Shown piece by piece: positions 38,250-48,930 of a DNA stretch of 64,000 nt. A model generated the notes under the pieces. The model was not told where the DNA came from, ran no database searches, and was given only the letters and a program-made list of their open reading frames with translations. Every line of letters starts with the position of its first letter. The stretch's first letter is position 1. Location: the NCBI GenBank assembly GCA_045127235.1, contig JBGVPY010000046.1, forward strand, positions 29,047-93,046, in the 5' to 3' direction. Position numbers and translations under genes: made by a program. Origin of the DNA: Eubacteriales bacterium (lineage in GTDB: Bacteria; Bacillota; Clostridia; Oscillospirales; CAG-272).

Positions 38250-39029
38250 TTACGGTTGTTTTGTAGCGCGTTGCTTTCTGTATTCGCTTGGGGAAATGCC
38301 GATGATTGATTTAAAACCACGGTTAAAGCTACGAAGACAATCAAAGCCACATTCGTAAGCTATATCAAGCATGGTGTTATTGGTATTCATTAAAAGATAG
38401 CATGCTTCATTTATGCGATAGCGACATACATATTCGGTGTAGCTTATGCCTGTATTCTTTGAAAAATGCTTAGATAGATATACATAATTATAGGTGGTTT
38501 CGTTGGCTAATTCGTAAAGGGAGCATTTGCCCTTATAGTTGTTTTCAACAAATTTGAAAATTTTAAATAACAAATTTTGTCCATCGCCCTTGAACTCTAT
38601 ATATTCTGCGTTTTTATCAAATTCGCCGCATATGGAGTAAAGGAGTCCCTTTAGCTCCAACGTTGATTTTTTGTTATCTAATTCTGCTATTTTTTTGATA
38701 TGGTATTCATCTAAATTGAATTTATTGTTTACAGGCACGTATGCTTCAAATTTTTTACTGAAGGCTCTTACAAGCTGAGGCGAGAAAATCAATACCAAAT
38801 GCTTGGCGTGTTTTTCTGTTTTTATTTCGTGAATTTGATTTGGAAAAACTAAAACGCACTCATTTTCAGAAACGGTATATTTTTTGTCTGCAACGGTTAC
38901 CTCCATTTCTCCCTCAGTGGCTATAATAGCCTCAAAGCTGCTGTGAATATGGTTAGGGAAATTAAGGTCGCTTCCCATCTCTAGCTTGACCTGATCGGCT
39001 TTAATTGAGTATTGCTCCTGATAAATCAT
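38250..39029 (-). CDS. AraC-family transcriptional regulator
   Basis: N-terminal cupin (FPNHIH, FPNQIH) and C-terminal IAYECGF...SFNRGFK..GISPSEYR; divergent from the GH3 gene. Confidence 0.93.
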   Translation of the reverse strand: MIYQEQYSIKADQVKLEMGSDLNFPNHIHSSFEAIIATEGEMEVTVADKKYTVSENECVLVFPNQIHEIKTEKHAKHLVLIFSPQLVRAFSKKFEAYVPVNNKFNLDEYHIKKIAELDNKKSTLELKGLLYSICGEFDKNAEYIEFKGDGQNLLFKIFKFVENNYKGKCSLYELANETTYNYVYLSKHFSKNTGISYTEYVCRYRINEACYLLMNTNNTMLDIAYECGFDCLRSFNRGFKSIIGISPSEYRKQRATKQP

Positions 39030-39143
39030 CTTAAATACTCCTAAAAACTAAATTTTGTCCTATAATTATATCATATTTGTCGCGAATTATCAATACATAT
39101 ATTGTATAATCATAATATATTCTAAATTTTAGGAGATAATATT

Positions 39144-41024
39144 ATGACTTTTTACGAAAGAGCAAAAGAGCTTGTTTCAAAAATGACTATTGAGGAAAAA
39201 ATATCGCAAATGCGTTATGACGCGCCTGCCATTGAAAGACTTGGAGTGCCTGCATACAACTGGTGGAATGAATGCTTACACGGTGTTGCAAGACAGGGCT
39301 GTGCAACTGTATTTCCACAGGCTATTGGTCTTAGCGCAAGCTACAATAAGGATTTAATGCGCAGAGTTGCCACAGTAATTTCCAATGAGGCACGAGCAAA
39401 ATATAATGAATTTAAAAAATTTGGTGGTACAGAGCAATATCAAGGTCTTACATATTGGTCTCCAAACATCAATATTTTCAGAGACCCAAGATGGGGCAGA
39501 GGTCACGAAACCTATGGCGAGGATCCAACATTAACCGGTATGATGGGCGTTGAATTTATTAAGGGACTTCAAGGCGAAGGCAAGTACAGAAAATTAGATG
39601 CTACAATTAAGCATTTTGCGGTGCATAGTGGTCCTGAATATGAAAGACACGGCTTTGATGCGATAGTTTCCGAAAAAGATTTAAGAGAGACATATTTAGC
39701 CGCATTCAAATATTGTATTGACAATGCAAAGCCATCTGCGGTAATGGGCGCGTACAACCGTGTAAACGGCGAGGCTTGCTGTGCAAGCAAGACGCTTCTT
39801 GGCGATATTTTATACGGGGAGTGGGGCTTTGACGGTTACGTTGTTTCTGACTGCGGCGCTATTCGTGATATTACAACAGGACACCATATTACAAATACAG
39901 ATGCTGAGGGAGCTGCTCTTGCGGTAAATAACGGTTGTCAATTAAACTGCGGCGATGCTTACTTTAGTCTTTATGAGGCATGGGAGCAGGATTTAATTAC
40001 TGAGGAAACTATTGATGAAGCGGTTACTAAGCTATTTGAGGCAAGATTCCGCCTTGGTATGTTTGATGATGACTGCGAATACGATAAAATTCCGTTTGAT
40101 GTTGTGGAATGTGATGAGCATCAAGCTATAAATTTAAAAATGGCTGAGGAAAGTATCGTTCTTTTAAAGAATAACGGTATTTTGCCTCTTGACAGAAGCA
40201 AGTACAAAACTATTGCGGTTGTTGGTCCTAACAGTGACAGATATAGCACACTTATCGGTAACTACAACGGAAATCCATCAAAATACTATACTCCATTAAG
40301 AGGTATTCAAGATGAGTTTGAGGGCAAGGTGCTTTATGCAGGCGGTTGCCATCCTACCGATATTTGCTCAAGCATGTGGGGTGGAGTTCCATTCCGTGAG
40401 GCTATAATTTGTGCTGAGAAGGCTGATCTTGTTATTATGTGCATGGGATTAAATCCTGGTATTGAGGGCGAAGAGGGCGATGCGTACAATGGCGATGTTG
40501 CAGGAGATAAGAAGGATATTGAATTGCCTGCCTCACAAAAGAAGCTCTTTGATGAAATTATTAAGCTTGGCAAGCCTACTGTTTTTGTAAACATTAGCGG
40601 TAGCTGTGTTGCTCTTTGTGAGCAGGATGAAAAATGTGATGCGGTGCTTCAATGCTTCTATCCGGGCGCTCTTGGTGGCGTTGCTCTTGCTAATGTTTTA
40701 TTTGGAAAAGCATCTCCAAGTGGTAGATTGCCTGTTACATTCTACCGTTCAACTGAGGATTTGCCACCGTTTAGAGATTACAGTATGGAAAACCGTACAT
40801 ATAAGTTCTTTAAGGGTAATCCTTTATATCCATTCGGCTACGGTCTAACCTACGGTCAGGTAACTGAAAATTGGATAAACGAAAATGAGGTAGAAATTAC
40901 AAACAATGGCGGAATGGATACAGATTACTCTGTATTGAAGTTCAAAACCGAGCCACATAAGGAGCTTGTTGACTTTAAGAAGATATTTATTAAGGTTGGC
41001 GAAACTGTAACTGTCAAATTTTAA
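39144..41024 (+). CDS. Glycoside hydrolase family 3 (beta-xylosidase/glucosidase)
   Basis: WWNECLHGV, WSPNINIFRDPRWGRGHETYGEDP, KHFA, VVSDCGA and YPFGYGL motifs. Confidence 0.95.
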   Translation: MTFYERAKELVSKMTIEEKISQMRYDAPAIERLGVPAYNWWNECLHGVARQGCATVFPQAIGLSASYNKDLMRRVATVISNEARAKYNEFKKFGGTEQYQGLTYWSPNINIFRDPRWGRGHETYGEDPTLTGMMGVEFIKGLQGEGKYRKLDATIKHFAVHSGPEYERHGFDAIVSEKDLRETYLAAFKYCIDNAKPSAVMGAYNRVNGEACCASKTLLGDILYGEWGFDGYVVSDCGAIRDITTGHHITNTDAEGAALAVNNGCQLNCGDAYFSLYEAWEQDLITEETIDEAVTKLFEARFRLGMFDDDCEYDKIPFDVVECDEHQAINLKMAEESIVLLKNNGILPLDRSKYKTIAVVGPNSDRYSTLIGNYNGNPSKYYTPLRGIQDEFEGKVLYAGGCHPTDICSSMWGGVPFREAIICAEKADLVIMCMGLNPGIEGEEGDAYNGDVAGDKKDIELPASQKKLFDEIIKLGKPTVFVNISGSCVALCEQDEKCDAVLQCFYPGALGGVALANVLFGKASPSGRLPVTFYRSTEDLPPFRDYSMENRTYKFFKGNPLYPFGYGLTYGQVTENWINENEVEITNNGGMDTDYSVLKFKTEPHKELVDFKKIFIKVGETVTVKF

Positions 41025-41057
41025 TAGATAAGGCACACCGTTTGGTGTGCCTTCGTT

Positions 41058-42098
41058 TTATTTGTTGTAAGAGTCGTAAACCTCTTTTAGGCGGTGGGGG
41101 TAGTCGGTCATAATGCCGTCGGCGCCCATTTCAAGAAGCTCTTTCATTTCTTCCTTGTCGTTAATGGTCCAATAGTGGACTGCAAGGTTATGGCGGTGGG
41201 CGTTACGGATAAATGCTTTTGTGGAAAGGTCAAATGAGATACCTGCGGCTTTTTCCTCGGTTGGGAGCTGGAATACGCACATTTTGTCTGTAAAGAATAT
41301 ATCAAGACCTAAAAGTCTTAAAATTACATACTTTGTTACGCCATCTACGCCAGGGGAGCACATAAAGTTATCGGGAACCTTATTTTCCTCGATACATTCA
41401 AGGTATGTTTCATAAAGGTCATCGTGGAAGGATGCAAGCACTACTCTATCGTATGCATCATACTTTTCAAGAAGAACTAAAATTGCTTCAAAGCATTTTT
41501 CACCAAGCTCATCATCCTGCTTGATTTCCACATTTATTTTGTTATTTGGGAATGCGACTATTAATTCTTCAAGGGTAGTTGCTAAAAATACAGTTTCGTG
41601 TCTTGGGGTTACACCCTCGGGGTATTCAACATCAAGAGGAGTTTTTTCAAGTCCATCTGGACCTTTGAATTTAACTCTTTCGCCATTTAGCTTATCGTTT
41701 TTATCGGTGGGGTTAGTGTAGCCGAAGTCAATTTCCTGCGCGATTAAGTCGCTATAATTCCAATCGTGTATATTGCCTGTTGCATTTGTTTTTCTATCTA
41801 TGGTGGTATCGTGGGACAAAATAACAACGCCATCCTTTGTAATGCTTACATCAGTTTCCATCATTACACGGTTATCTACGCTGTATGCATTATAAAATGC
41901 TTCAAGTGTGTTGTCGGGAAATTCCTTATTTCCGCCACCGTGGGCAATTAAAATTGGTAATTCTCCTTCCTTGCGCATAGGATTTTCGCCTTTAAAGTTA
42001 TCAATTCTTGGGAATAATGCTAAAATTAAATATACAAGTAAAATTGAGCCAATTACAATAGATGTTATAAGTAAGTTCTTTTTTGTTTTCTGCTTCAT
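41058..42098 (-). CDS. Glycerophosphodiester phosphodiesterase (membrane-anchored)
   Basis: IAHGGG..PDNTL, ETDV..TKDG..ILSHD, NVEIK, WTIN and DGIMTDYP motifs. Confidence 0.92.
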   Translation of the reverse strand: MKQKTKKNLLITSIVIGSILLVYLILALFPRIDNFKGENPMRKEGELPILIAHGGGNKEFPDNTLEAFYNAYSVDNRVMMETDVSITKDGVVILSHDTTIDRKTNATGNIHDWNYSDLIAQEIDFGYTNPTDKNDKLNGERVKFKGPDGLEKTPLDVEYPEGVTPRHETVFLATTLEELIVAFPNNKINVEIKQDDELGEKCFEAILVLLEKYDAYDRVVLASFHDDLYETYLECIEENKVPDNFMCSPGVDGVTKYVILRLLGLDIFFTDKMCVFQLPTEEKAAGISFDLSTKAFIRNAHRHNLAVHYWTINDKEEMKELLEMGADGIMTDYPHRLKEVYDSYNK

Positions 42099-42223
42099 AT
42101 TAAGCTCCTTTCCTTTTATGGAAATATTTTACCATATAATAGTTGATTAGTCAATGAAAAATTTTTGTTGCAATTTCTTTAAAGTGTGGTAAAATATTGT
42201 TAGTACATTTTTGAGGTGGAAAA

Positions 42224-43096
42224 ATGAAAAAAATTTTTGTAGTAGGAAGCTTAAATTCCGATTTAGTAATACATGCGCCATATATGCCTGTTGGCGGGGA
42301 AACACTTATGGGCAGTGATTTTGCTACAAATAACGGTGGCAAGGGTGCAAATCAGGCTTGCGCTTGTGCTAAGCTTGGTGGCGAAATTTACATGTGCGGA
42401 TGTGTTGGTAATGATGCATTTGGCAAGGGACTTATTGAAAGCCTTTCAAATGATGGTGTGCATACAGATTTTATAAGAAAAGTTGATAATATCCCCACAG
42501 GTGTGGCTGTAATTGTAGTTACAGAGGGAGAAAATCGCATAATTTTAGATAGCGGTGCAAATGCGCATTTAACTGAAAATGATATTGATAAAATGCTTGA
42601 AATTGCAAATGAGGGAGATATATATTTAACTCAGCTTGAAAATCCTATACCTGTAATTGGCTACGGACTTAAAAAGGCTAAGGAAAAGGGACTTTTCGTT
42701 GTTTTAAATCCTGCGCCTGCAAATACTGAAATCAAGGAATATTTACAGTATGTTGATTTGATTACGCCAAATGAAACAGAGCTTGAAATTTTAGGTGGAA
42801 TTGATGCTCTTATCGGTTATGGAATAAGCACAATTATCACTACTTTAGGTTCAAAAGGATACAAAATATGCACACAGGGTGAAAGAAAAGTTTATCCTTG
42901 TATAAAGGTTAACGTGGTAGACACTACTGCTGCGGGGGATACTGCATCGGGTGGATTATGTGCTATGCTATCAAAGGGTGCATCCATAGAAGATGCTATT
43001 GCTTTTGGGTCAAAGGCGGCATCTATTGCGTGTTCAAGACATGGTGCGCAAAAATCGGTACCTACTTTGAATGAAGTATTAAATTTTAACGATTAG
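42224..43096 (+). CDS. rbsK: Ribokinase
   Basis: VVGSLNSD, GGKGANQA, LNPAPA, PNETE and DTTAAGD motifs. Confidence 0.93.
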   Translation: MKKIFVVGSLNSDLVIHAPYMPVGGETLMGSDFATNNGGKGANQACACAKLGGEIYMCGCVGNDAFGKGLIESLSNDGVHTDFIRKVDNIPTGVAVIVVTEGENRIILDSGANAHLTENDIDKMLEIANEGDIYLTQLENPIPVIGYGLKKAKEKGLFVVLNPAPANTEIKEYLQYVDLITPNETELEILGGIDALIGYGISTIITTLGSKGYKICTQGERKVYPCIKVNVVDTTAAGDTASGGLCAMLSKGASIEDAIAFGSKAASIACSRHGAQKSVPTLNEVLNFND

Positions 43097-43104
43097 GAAT
43101 TAAA

Positions 43105-44049
43105 ATGGAATTAAATTTGCCACAAATTATTTTTGATACGGATATGGATACAGATTGCGACGACGCAGGTGCGTTTGCCATGCTTCTTGAAGCGTATAAG
43201 TTAAAAAAATGCAATCTTGTGTGCGTTATTGCAGATTCGGTATGCAAATATTCTGCTCCTTGCTGTGAATATATTGCAAAGTATTACGGTGTTGATTTGC
43301 CTATCGGCACTGTATTTTCAGACAATTACCGTGACGATAAAAATTTTGAAAAATACATAAATCACAGTCAAAACTGTTTTGATGAAATGCGAAGTTACAA
43401 CTATGATTTTGCAAAAAACATTTCAAAAATTGACATTGATTACGAAAACTGTATAAAGGTTTACCGTAAGGTACTGTCAAGTGCTGACGATAAAAGCATA
43501 ACTGTTCTTTGTGTCGGTATGCTTACCGCTATTTCCGAAACTCTTTTATCTATGCCCGACGAAATTTCCAATCTTAACGGAGTTGAACTTTTTAGAAAAA
43601 AGGTTAAGCGAGTTATTACTATGGGAAATCCCTACAAGGAAAATGACTTTAATTGGAGTATGGATGCAAAATCTTCAAAAGTATTTTTTAATATTTGTCC
43701 CACAGATATTTATATAAGTCCCGAAGGCAAGGATATTCTGACCGGGTGTCATTTAAGCGACACTCTCCCTGAAAAACACCCTTTAAGGATTGCGTATGAG
43801 ACTTGGTTGCAAAAGCCTTCCGCCTCACGTTCTTCGTGGGATTTGATTGCTTCCTTGTTTGCAATAGACGAAAAAACAAGTTATTTAAAGTGTGAAGACT
43901 TAAACGATTGTTTTTATGACGAAAATACAAAGCGTCTTTGTTTTAAAAATACTAACAGTGGCAAGTATAAGATAATAAAATTAAATTGCGACGGGCGTAT
44001 TTTAGAAAATGTTCTAAACAATTATATGATAGGAAAATTTGAAAAATAA
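43105..44049 (+). CDS. Nucleoside hydrolase-like protein (IU-NH superfamily)
   Basis: IFDTDMDTDCDDAGA, MG..ENDFN..D and SWD motifs. Confidence 0.82.
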   Translation: MELNLPQIIFDTDMDTDCDDAGAFAMLLEAYKLKKCNLVCVIADSVCKYSAPCCEYIAKYYGVDLPIGTVFSDNYRDDKNFEKYINHSQNCFDEMRSYNYDFAKNISKIDIDYENCIKVYRKVLSSADDKSITVLCVGMLTAISETLLSMPDEISNLNGVELFRKKVKRVITMGNPYKENDFNWSMDAKSSKVFFNICPTDIYISPEGKDILTGCHLSDTLPEKHPLRIAYETWLQKPSASRSSWDLIASLFAIDEKTSYLKCEDLNDCFYDENTKRLCFKNTNSGKYKIIKLNCDGRILENVLNNYMIGKFEK

Positions 44050-44081
44050 AACGGAAATTCGTTGGAATTTCCGTTTTTCTA

Positions 44082-45014
44082 TTATAGAATTTGTGCAAAA
44101 TCTTCACAGAGTTTTTCTATCATTTCTTTTTTGACTAGTGCGTTTAACCATTCTTTTGGGATTGAGTCATAACCGTATAATGCTCCTGCAAGTCCACCTG
44201 CTATTGCGCCTACTGTGTCGGTATCCTCGCCCAGGTTAACCGCTTTTAACACACACTCCTCGTAGGATTTTGTATTCATAAGGCACCAAATTGCAGCTTC
44301 AAGGCTATCAACAACATAGCCTGTGCTTTTGATTTCATTTTCGGGAAGCTTATCAAAGTCGTACTTCAAAAGGCGCGTATATGTTTTTATTTCTTCAATA
44401 CATTTATAACGTGAATATGCATTGTCTAAGCCTATTTTAACGCTTTCAATGGTTGGATTTTTGATAAGCTCATATAGAACGAAATCGTAAATTCCGCAGG
44501 CTAAAACGGAGCGAATGTGAGGGTGTGTCAGCATTGACACATTGTGAATGTCCTCTCTGTACTTTATGGGGCTTTGCTTTTTAAAAGTATGAAATAGCGT
44601 TACGGGAATTATGCGCATAAGAGAGCCATTACCGTTTGAGTATTCGCTGTTGTTTCCATAAGGGAAGCTCTTGCCCTCAAGGTAGCTACTTATGGCAGAA
44701 TAGGTAGCATTGCCTATATCAAAGCAATCATCTGATGGTGTCATATAGCCAAAGCGTCTCCATTTTGCAAAGCTTTCCATTATATCGGTAAGGTTTATAT
44801 CTCCGTTTTTAGTTATGCTTTCAAGTGTGCAAAGTGTCATTGATGTATCATCAGACCAAGTACCCTTGGGCTGACAATATGTACCGTAGCCTATCATATG
44901 GGTTACGGGATTTTTTCTTAAATATTCTCTTGATTTAAATTCAACAGGCACACCAAGGGCGTCTGCTATGGCATGACCGAAAATTATACCTTTAATTATT
45001 TGTAATTTTTCCAT
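44082..45014 (-). CDS. ADP-ribosylglycohydrolase (DraG/ARH family)
   Basis: ADALGVPVEF, WSDDTSM, GNGSLMR, LTH and NLGEDTDT motifs. Confidence 0.93.
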   Translation of the reverse strand: MEKLQIIKGIIFGHAIADALGVPVEFKSREYLRKNPVTHMIGYGTYCQPKGTWSDDTSMTLCTLESITKNGDINLTDIMESFAKWRRFGYMTPSDDCFDIGNATYSAISSYLEGKSFPYGNNSEYSNGNGSLMRIIPVTLFHTFKKQSPIKYREDIHNVSMLTHPHIRSVLACGIYDFVLYELIKNPTIESVKIGLDNAYSRYKCIEEIKTYTRLLKYDFDKLPENEIKSTGYVVDSLEAAIWCLMNTKSYEECVLKAVNLGEDTDTVGAIAGGLAGALYGYDSIPKEWLNALVKKEMIEKLCEDFAQIL

Positions 45015-45360
45015 AATATTCCCTCTCAATCCAAGCCATAAGTAAATTGACTATTTTTTCTTGTTGAATTTCGGTTAATTCTATATCCTTTTTAACCTTA
45101 TACCATTTATTAAGACAGCCACGGCAACAGCAAGCGCAGGCGTGTTGTGCAATAAAAACGGGGTGTCCGCGCATGGGTGTTTGCTCTCCATCGTTTGAGA
45201 TATATGCGGGAGCAAGTCTTTTTTCTATAAAGTCCTTTGCATGCTCTCTTATTTTATCAAGTCCCTTTTCTTTAATGTAGTCTATATCCTTTTTAGATAA
45301 ATGGAATTTTGAACGGAAATTGGACCTTTGTAGGTTGTTTAATGCTTCATATATTTTCAT
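44992..45360 (-). CDS. DUF4186-family protein
   Basis: SNFRSKFHL and NDGEQTPMRGHPVFIAQHACACCCRGCL motifs. Confidence 0.88.
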   Translation of the reverse strand: MKIYEALNNLQRSNFRSKFHLSKKDIDYIKEKGLDKIREHAKDFIEKRLAPAYISNDGEQTPMRGHPVFIAQHACACCCRGCLNKWYKVKKDIELTEIQQEKIVNLLMAWIEREYYGKITNN

Positions 45361-45409
45361 AACAATCCCTCAGTCTGTAAACAGACAGCTCCCTTTACAC
45401 AAGGGAGCC
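45361..45409. repeat. REP-like double hairpin, family A, copy 2
   Basis: aacaatccctcagtctgtaaacagacagctccctttacacaagggagcc. Confidence 0.85.
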
Positions 45410-45415
45410 GTGCGA

Positions 45416-47209
45416 TTATTCTTCGTCCTGTGGAATTATAGCAATGCCTAATTCTTCAAGATCTGCCGGGTTAGCGAAGGATGGGCATTTAGACATAACC
45501 TCAGAAGCGTTTTGCGCCTTAGGGAACGCAATAACCTCTCTTATATCTTCCTTGCCTAAAAGTAGTGTTACAAGTCTATCAAGACCGAATGCAAGACCGC
45601 CGTGTGGTGGTACGCCGTACTTGAATGCATCAAGTAAGAAGCCGAACTTTTCGTTTGCATCTTCCTTAGTGATACCTAAAACGCTGAACATATGCTCTTG
45701 CATTTCTGTGGTGTTAATTCTGATTGAACCGCCGCCAAGCTCAGTACCGTTGAGTACGATATCGTAAGCTCTTGCTCTTACCTTGCCAGGGTCAGTATCA
45801 ATTAAGTGATAGTCCTCTGCCATTGGAGCGGTAAATGGATGGTGCATTGCATAGAATCTGCCATCATCCTCGCTGTACTCAAAGAGTGGGAATTCTGTTA
45901 CCCATAAGAACTTAAAGTCAAATGGGTCTGCAAGACCTAATTTCTTTGCACATTCTTGGCGAAGCGCGCCAAGTGTATCGTAAACTACCTTGTTTTTATC
46001 TGCTACAACTAAGAGAAGGTCGCCGTTTTCAAGGTTCATTCTTTCATTGATTGCTTTGTTTTCATCCTCTGTTAAGAACTTAGCATAGGATGATGAAATT
46101 TCGCCATTAGTATTCTTTAACCATGCAAGACCCTTTGCGCGGTATTGCTTAGCCTTATCGGTAAGAGCATCAATTTCCTTTCTTGAGAACTTAGCGCCAC
46201 CCTTAACATTGATTGCTCTTACAGAGCCACCGCCTTGAACTGCGCCTGCAAATACCTTAAATTCTGTGTTAGCAACGATGTCGGAAATATTTGTAAGCTC
46301 AAAGCCGTAACGAACGTCAGGCTTATCGGAGCCGTATCTTTCCATAGCCTCATGCCATGTCATTCTTGGAAATGGTGTCTTTAATTCCTGTCCCATAAAA
46401 TGCTTAAATACATATGCCAAAAAGCCTTCGTTAAGTGCGATGATTTCATCCTCTGTTGTAAAGGAGATTTCCATATCAATCTGTGTAAACTCAGGCTGGC
46501 GGTCTGCTCTTAGGTCCTCATCTCTAAAGCATCTTGCAATTTGAATGTATCTGTCAAAGCCAGAATACATAAGAAGCTGCTTATAAATTTGTGGGGACTG
46601 TGGTAAAGCGTAGAAATTGCCCTTATGAACACGGCTTGGTACTAAATAGTCTCTTGCTCCCTCTGGAGTTGGTCTAATTAGGTTAGGAGTTTCAATATCG
46701 ATAAAGCCGTTATCGTTAAAGTAGTTTCTTGTAAGATTTGTAATTTTTGATCTTGCAATAATATTCTTTTGCATATCAGGGCGGCGAAGGTCTAAGTATC
46801 TGTGCTTCATACGAATTTCAGTATTAGCTGTGCTTCCCTCAACGATTTCAAACGGTGGAGTTTGAGCCTTATTTAAAATCTTAAATTCATCAACAACAAC
46901 TTCAATGTCGCCTGTTGGGATATTCTTATTCTTTGTTGCTCTTTCTCTAATTACGCCCTTAGCGCAAAGAACGAACTCTGATCTTACAATAAATGCCTTA
47001 TCAAAGATTTCTCTATCGGTGTTTTCATCAAATGCAAGCTGAACGATACCGGTTCTGTCGCGAAGGTCAATAAAGATAAGGCTACCTAAGTCTCTTTGCT
47101 TTTGTGCCCAACCTAAAACGCATACTCTTTTGCCGATATCCTCTGTGGTTAAAGTGCCACAGTAGTGGGTACGGCTGTCATTTTTCTCAAATTTATCTAA
47201 CATTTCCAT
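45416..47209 (-). CDS. aspS: Aspartate--tRNA ligase
   Basis: RTHYCG, PEGARDYLVP, ALPQSPQ, CFRDEDLRADRQPEFTQ and PPHGGLAFGLDR motifs. Confidence 0.97.
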   Translation of the reverse strand: MEMLDKFEKNDSRTHYCGTLTTEDIGKRVCVLGWAQKQRDLGSLIFIDLRDRTGIVQLAFDENTDREIFDKAFIVRSEFVLCAKGVIRERATKNKNIPTGDIEVVVDEFKILNKAQTPPFEIVEGSTANTEIRMKHRYLDLRRPDMQKNIIARSKITNLTRNYFNDNGFIDIETPNLIRPTPEGARDYLVPSRVHKGNFYALPQSPQIYKQLLMYSGFDRYIQIARCFRDEDLRADRQPEFTQIDMEISFTTEDEIIALNEGFLAYVFKHFMGQELKTPFPRMTWHEAMERYGSDKPDVRYGFELTNISDIVANTEFKVFAGAVQGGGSVRAINVKGGAKFSRKEIDALTDKAKQYRAKGLAWLKNTNGEISSSYAKFLTEDENKAINERMNLENGDLLLVVADKNKVVYDTLGALRQECAKKLGLADPFDFKFLWVTEFPLFEYSEDDGRFYAMHHPFTAPMAEDYHLIDTDPGKVRARAYDIVLNGTELGGGSIRINTTEMQEHMFSVLGITKEDANEKFGFLLDAFKYGVPPHGGLAFGLDRLVTLLLGKEDIREVIAFPKAQNASEVMSKCPSFANPADLEELGIAIIPQDEE

Positions 47210-47220
47210 TTTTATGTCCT

Positions 47221-48483
47221 CTATTTCTTTAAAATAATATCTACGATATTGCTTATTTCAATTTCCTCTTGGGTGCTGTTTGTCATATCCTTAAGCTGTG
47301 CCTTGCCGCATTCAAGCTCGCTATCGCCTAAAATAAGTGTGTAGTGAGCGCCGATTTTGTCAGCATACTTCATTTGCGCCTTTAAGCTTCTTGCACAAAT
47401 ATCGCACTCTGCATAAATACCTTTGTTTCTTAACTGAGATACATACTTAACTGCAACCGCCTTAGCGTTATCGCCCATTGGCGCGATATAAAGAACAGGC
47501 TTAGGAGCTTCGGGAATTAATGCTCCACTTTCCTTCATAGCAAGGATAATTCTTGTAAGTCCCATACCAAAGCCAATGCCTGGAAGTGATGGGCCACCAA
47601 GCTGCTCCATAAGACCGTCATATCGTCCGCCGCCGCAAACCGTGCTTTGAGCGCCGATATTTTCGCAAATAAACTCAAATACTGTCTTGGTGTAGTAATC
47701 AAGTCCTCTTACAATTCTTGTATCAACGGAATATGGAATTTCCTGAGCATCAAGATATATCTTTAGTTTTTCAAAGTGGTCATGACATTCATCGCATAAA
47801 TAATCAATGGTGCATGGTGCATCCTTGGCAATTTCAGAGCAGATTGGGCTCTTACAGTCAAGAACACGGAGAGGATTTGTCTTTAAGCGCTCCTTACAAG
47901 TGTCGCAAAGCTTGTCCTCGTGGCTCTTAAAGTATTCAACTAAAGCTTCACGGTATTTTGGTCGGCAATTTGGGCAGCCGATTGAGTTAATATGAAGCTT
48001 AACTCCCTTAATGCCAAGCTCGGAAATAAGTGTGCTTGCAAGTGAGATTACGCTTGCATCTGCGCTTGGGTCCTTAGTGCCAAACATTTCCGTACCGAAT
48101 TGGAAAAACTCACGGCTTCTGCCTGCCTGTGGCTTTTCGTAACGGAAGCAGTTGATGATATAAAAATATTTAAGTGGCATAGCATCTGATGCTTTACCGT
48201 TTTCAATAATTGCACGAACTACCGATGCAGTTCCCTCAGGGCGAAGAGCAAATACTCTATCCTCTCTGTCGGTAAATGTGTACATTTCCTTTTGAACAAC
48301 GTCAGTTACCTCGCCTACGCCTCTTTTAAAAAGTGCAAGCTCCTCAAAGGTTGGTGTGCGAATTTCGCCAAAGCCAAAGCGCGCTGCAACCTCTCTTGCT
48401 TTTGTTTCTATTTTTTGCCAAATAAGTGCTTCATCTGGAAAAATATCCATTGTGCCTCTTGGCTTTTGTATTTTCTGTGCCAT
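47221..48483 (-). CDS. hisS: Histidine--tRNA ligase
   Basis: PRGT.D, LRPEGTA, RYEKPQAGR, VRGLDYY and GGGRYDGL motifs; start MAQK behind AAGGAG. Confidence 0.97.
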   Translation of the reverse strand: MAQKIQKPRGTMDIFPDEALIWQKIETKAREVAARFGFGEIRTPTFEELALFKRGVGEVTDVVQKEMYTFTDREDRVFALRPEGTASVVRAIIENGKASDAMPLKYFYIINCFRYEKPQAGRSREFFQFGTEMFGTKDPSADASVISLASTLISELGIKGVKLHINSIGCPNCRPKYREALVEYFKSHEDKLCDTCKERLKTNPLRVLDCKSPICSEIAKDAPCTIDYLCDECHDHFEKLKIYLDAQEIPYSVDTRIVRGLDYYTKTVFEFICENIGAQSTVCGGGRYDGLMEQLGGPSLPGIGFGMGLTRIILAMKESGALIPEAPKPVLYIAPMGDNAKAVAVKYVSQLRNKGIYAECDICARSLKAQMKYADKIGAHYTLILGDSELECGKAQLKDMTNSTQEEIEISNIVDIILKK

Positions 48484-48618
48484 ATTGCTCCTTAGTAACA
48501 TATAATATAATAGATTTACACATATTATAGCAACATTTATTTTTTATGTCAATATAAAAAACAAAAATGCCGACTTAAAAATCGACATTTTTATATTGCA
48601 GATAGACTAAATTTGAAA

Positions 48619-48930
48619 TTACGCCTCAACTGTATCTGTTTCATCAGCAAATTCTGCGGTTGCAAGTCCATCAAAGTATGCTTTGATAACTGCGCCCTCA
48701 AGCTCTTGTCTGAATTCAGAATTGATTGGATGAACGATATCTCTGTATGTTCCGTCAGGATTCTTTCTGCTTGGCATTACAATAAAGAACTTATCTCTTG
48801 CATTGATGACCTTAATATCATGAATTGCTAAAGCGCCGCCGATAGTGATTGATGCTACCGCCTTCATTGGTCCTTCCTTGAAATACTTTCTAATTTTGAT
48901 ATCGGTTACGATCATTTTGTTATCCTCCAT
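48619..48930 (-). CDS. spoVG: SpoVG-family regulator
   Basis: VTDIKIR, MKAVASIT, HDIKVI, MPSRK and YRDIVHPIN motifs. Confidence 0.93.
   Translation of the reverse strand: MEDNKMIVTDIKIRKYFKEGPMKAVASITIGGALAIHDIKVINARDKFFIVMPSRKNPDGTYRDIVHPINSEFRQELEGAVIKAYFDGLATAEFADETDTVEA

Noticed and set aside
48484-48618. T-box leader for hisS-aspS
   Set aside because: Intergenic region too short, with no T-box consensus
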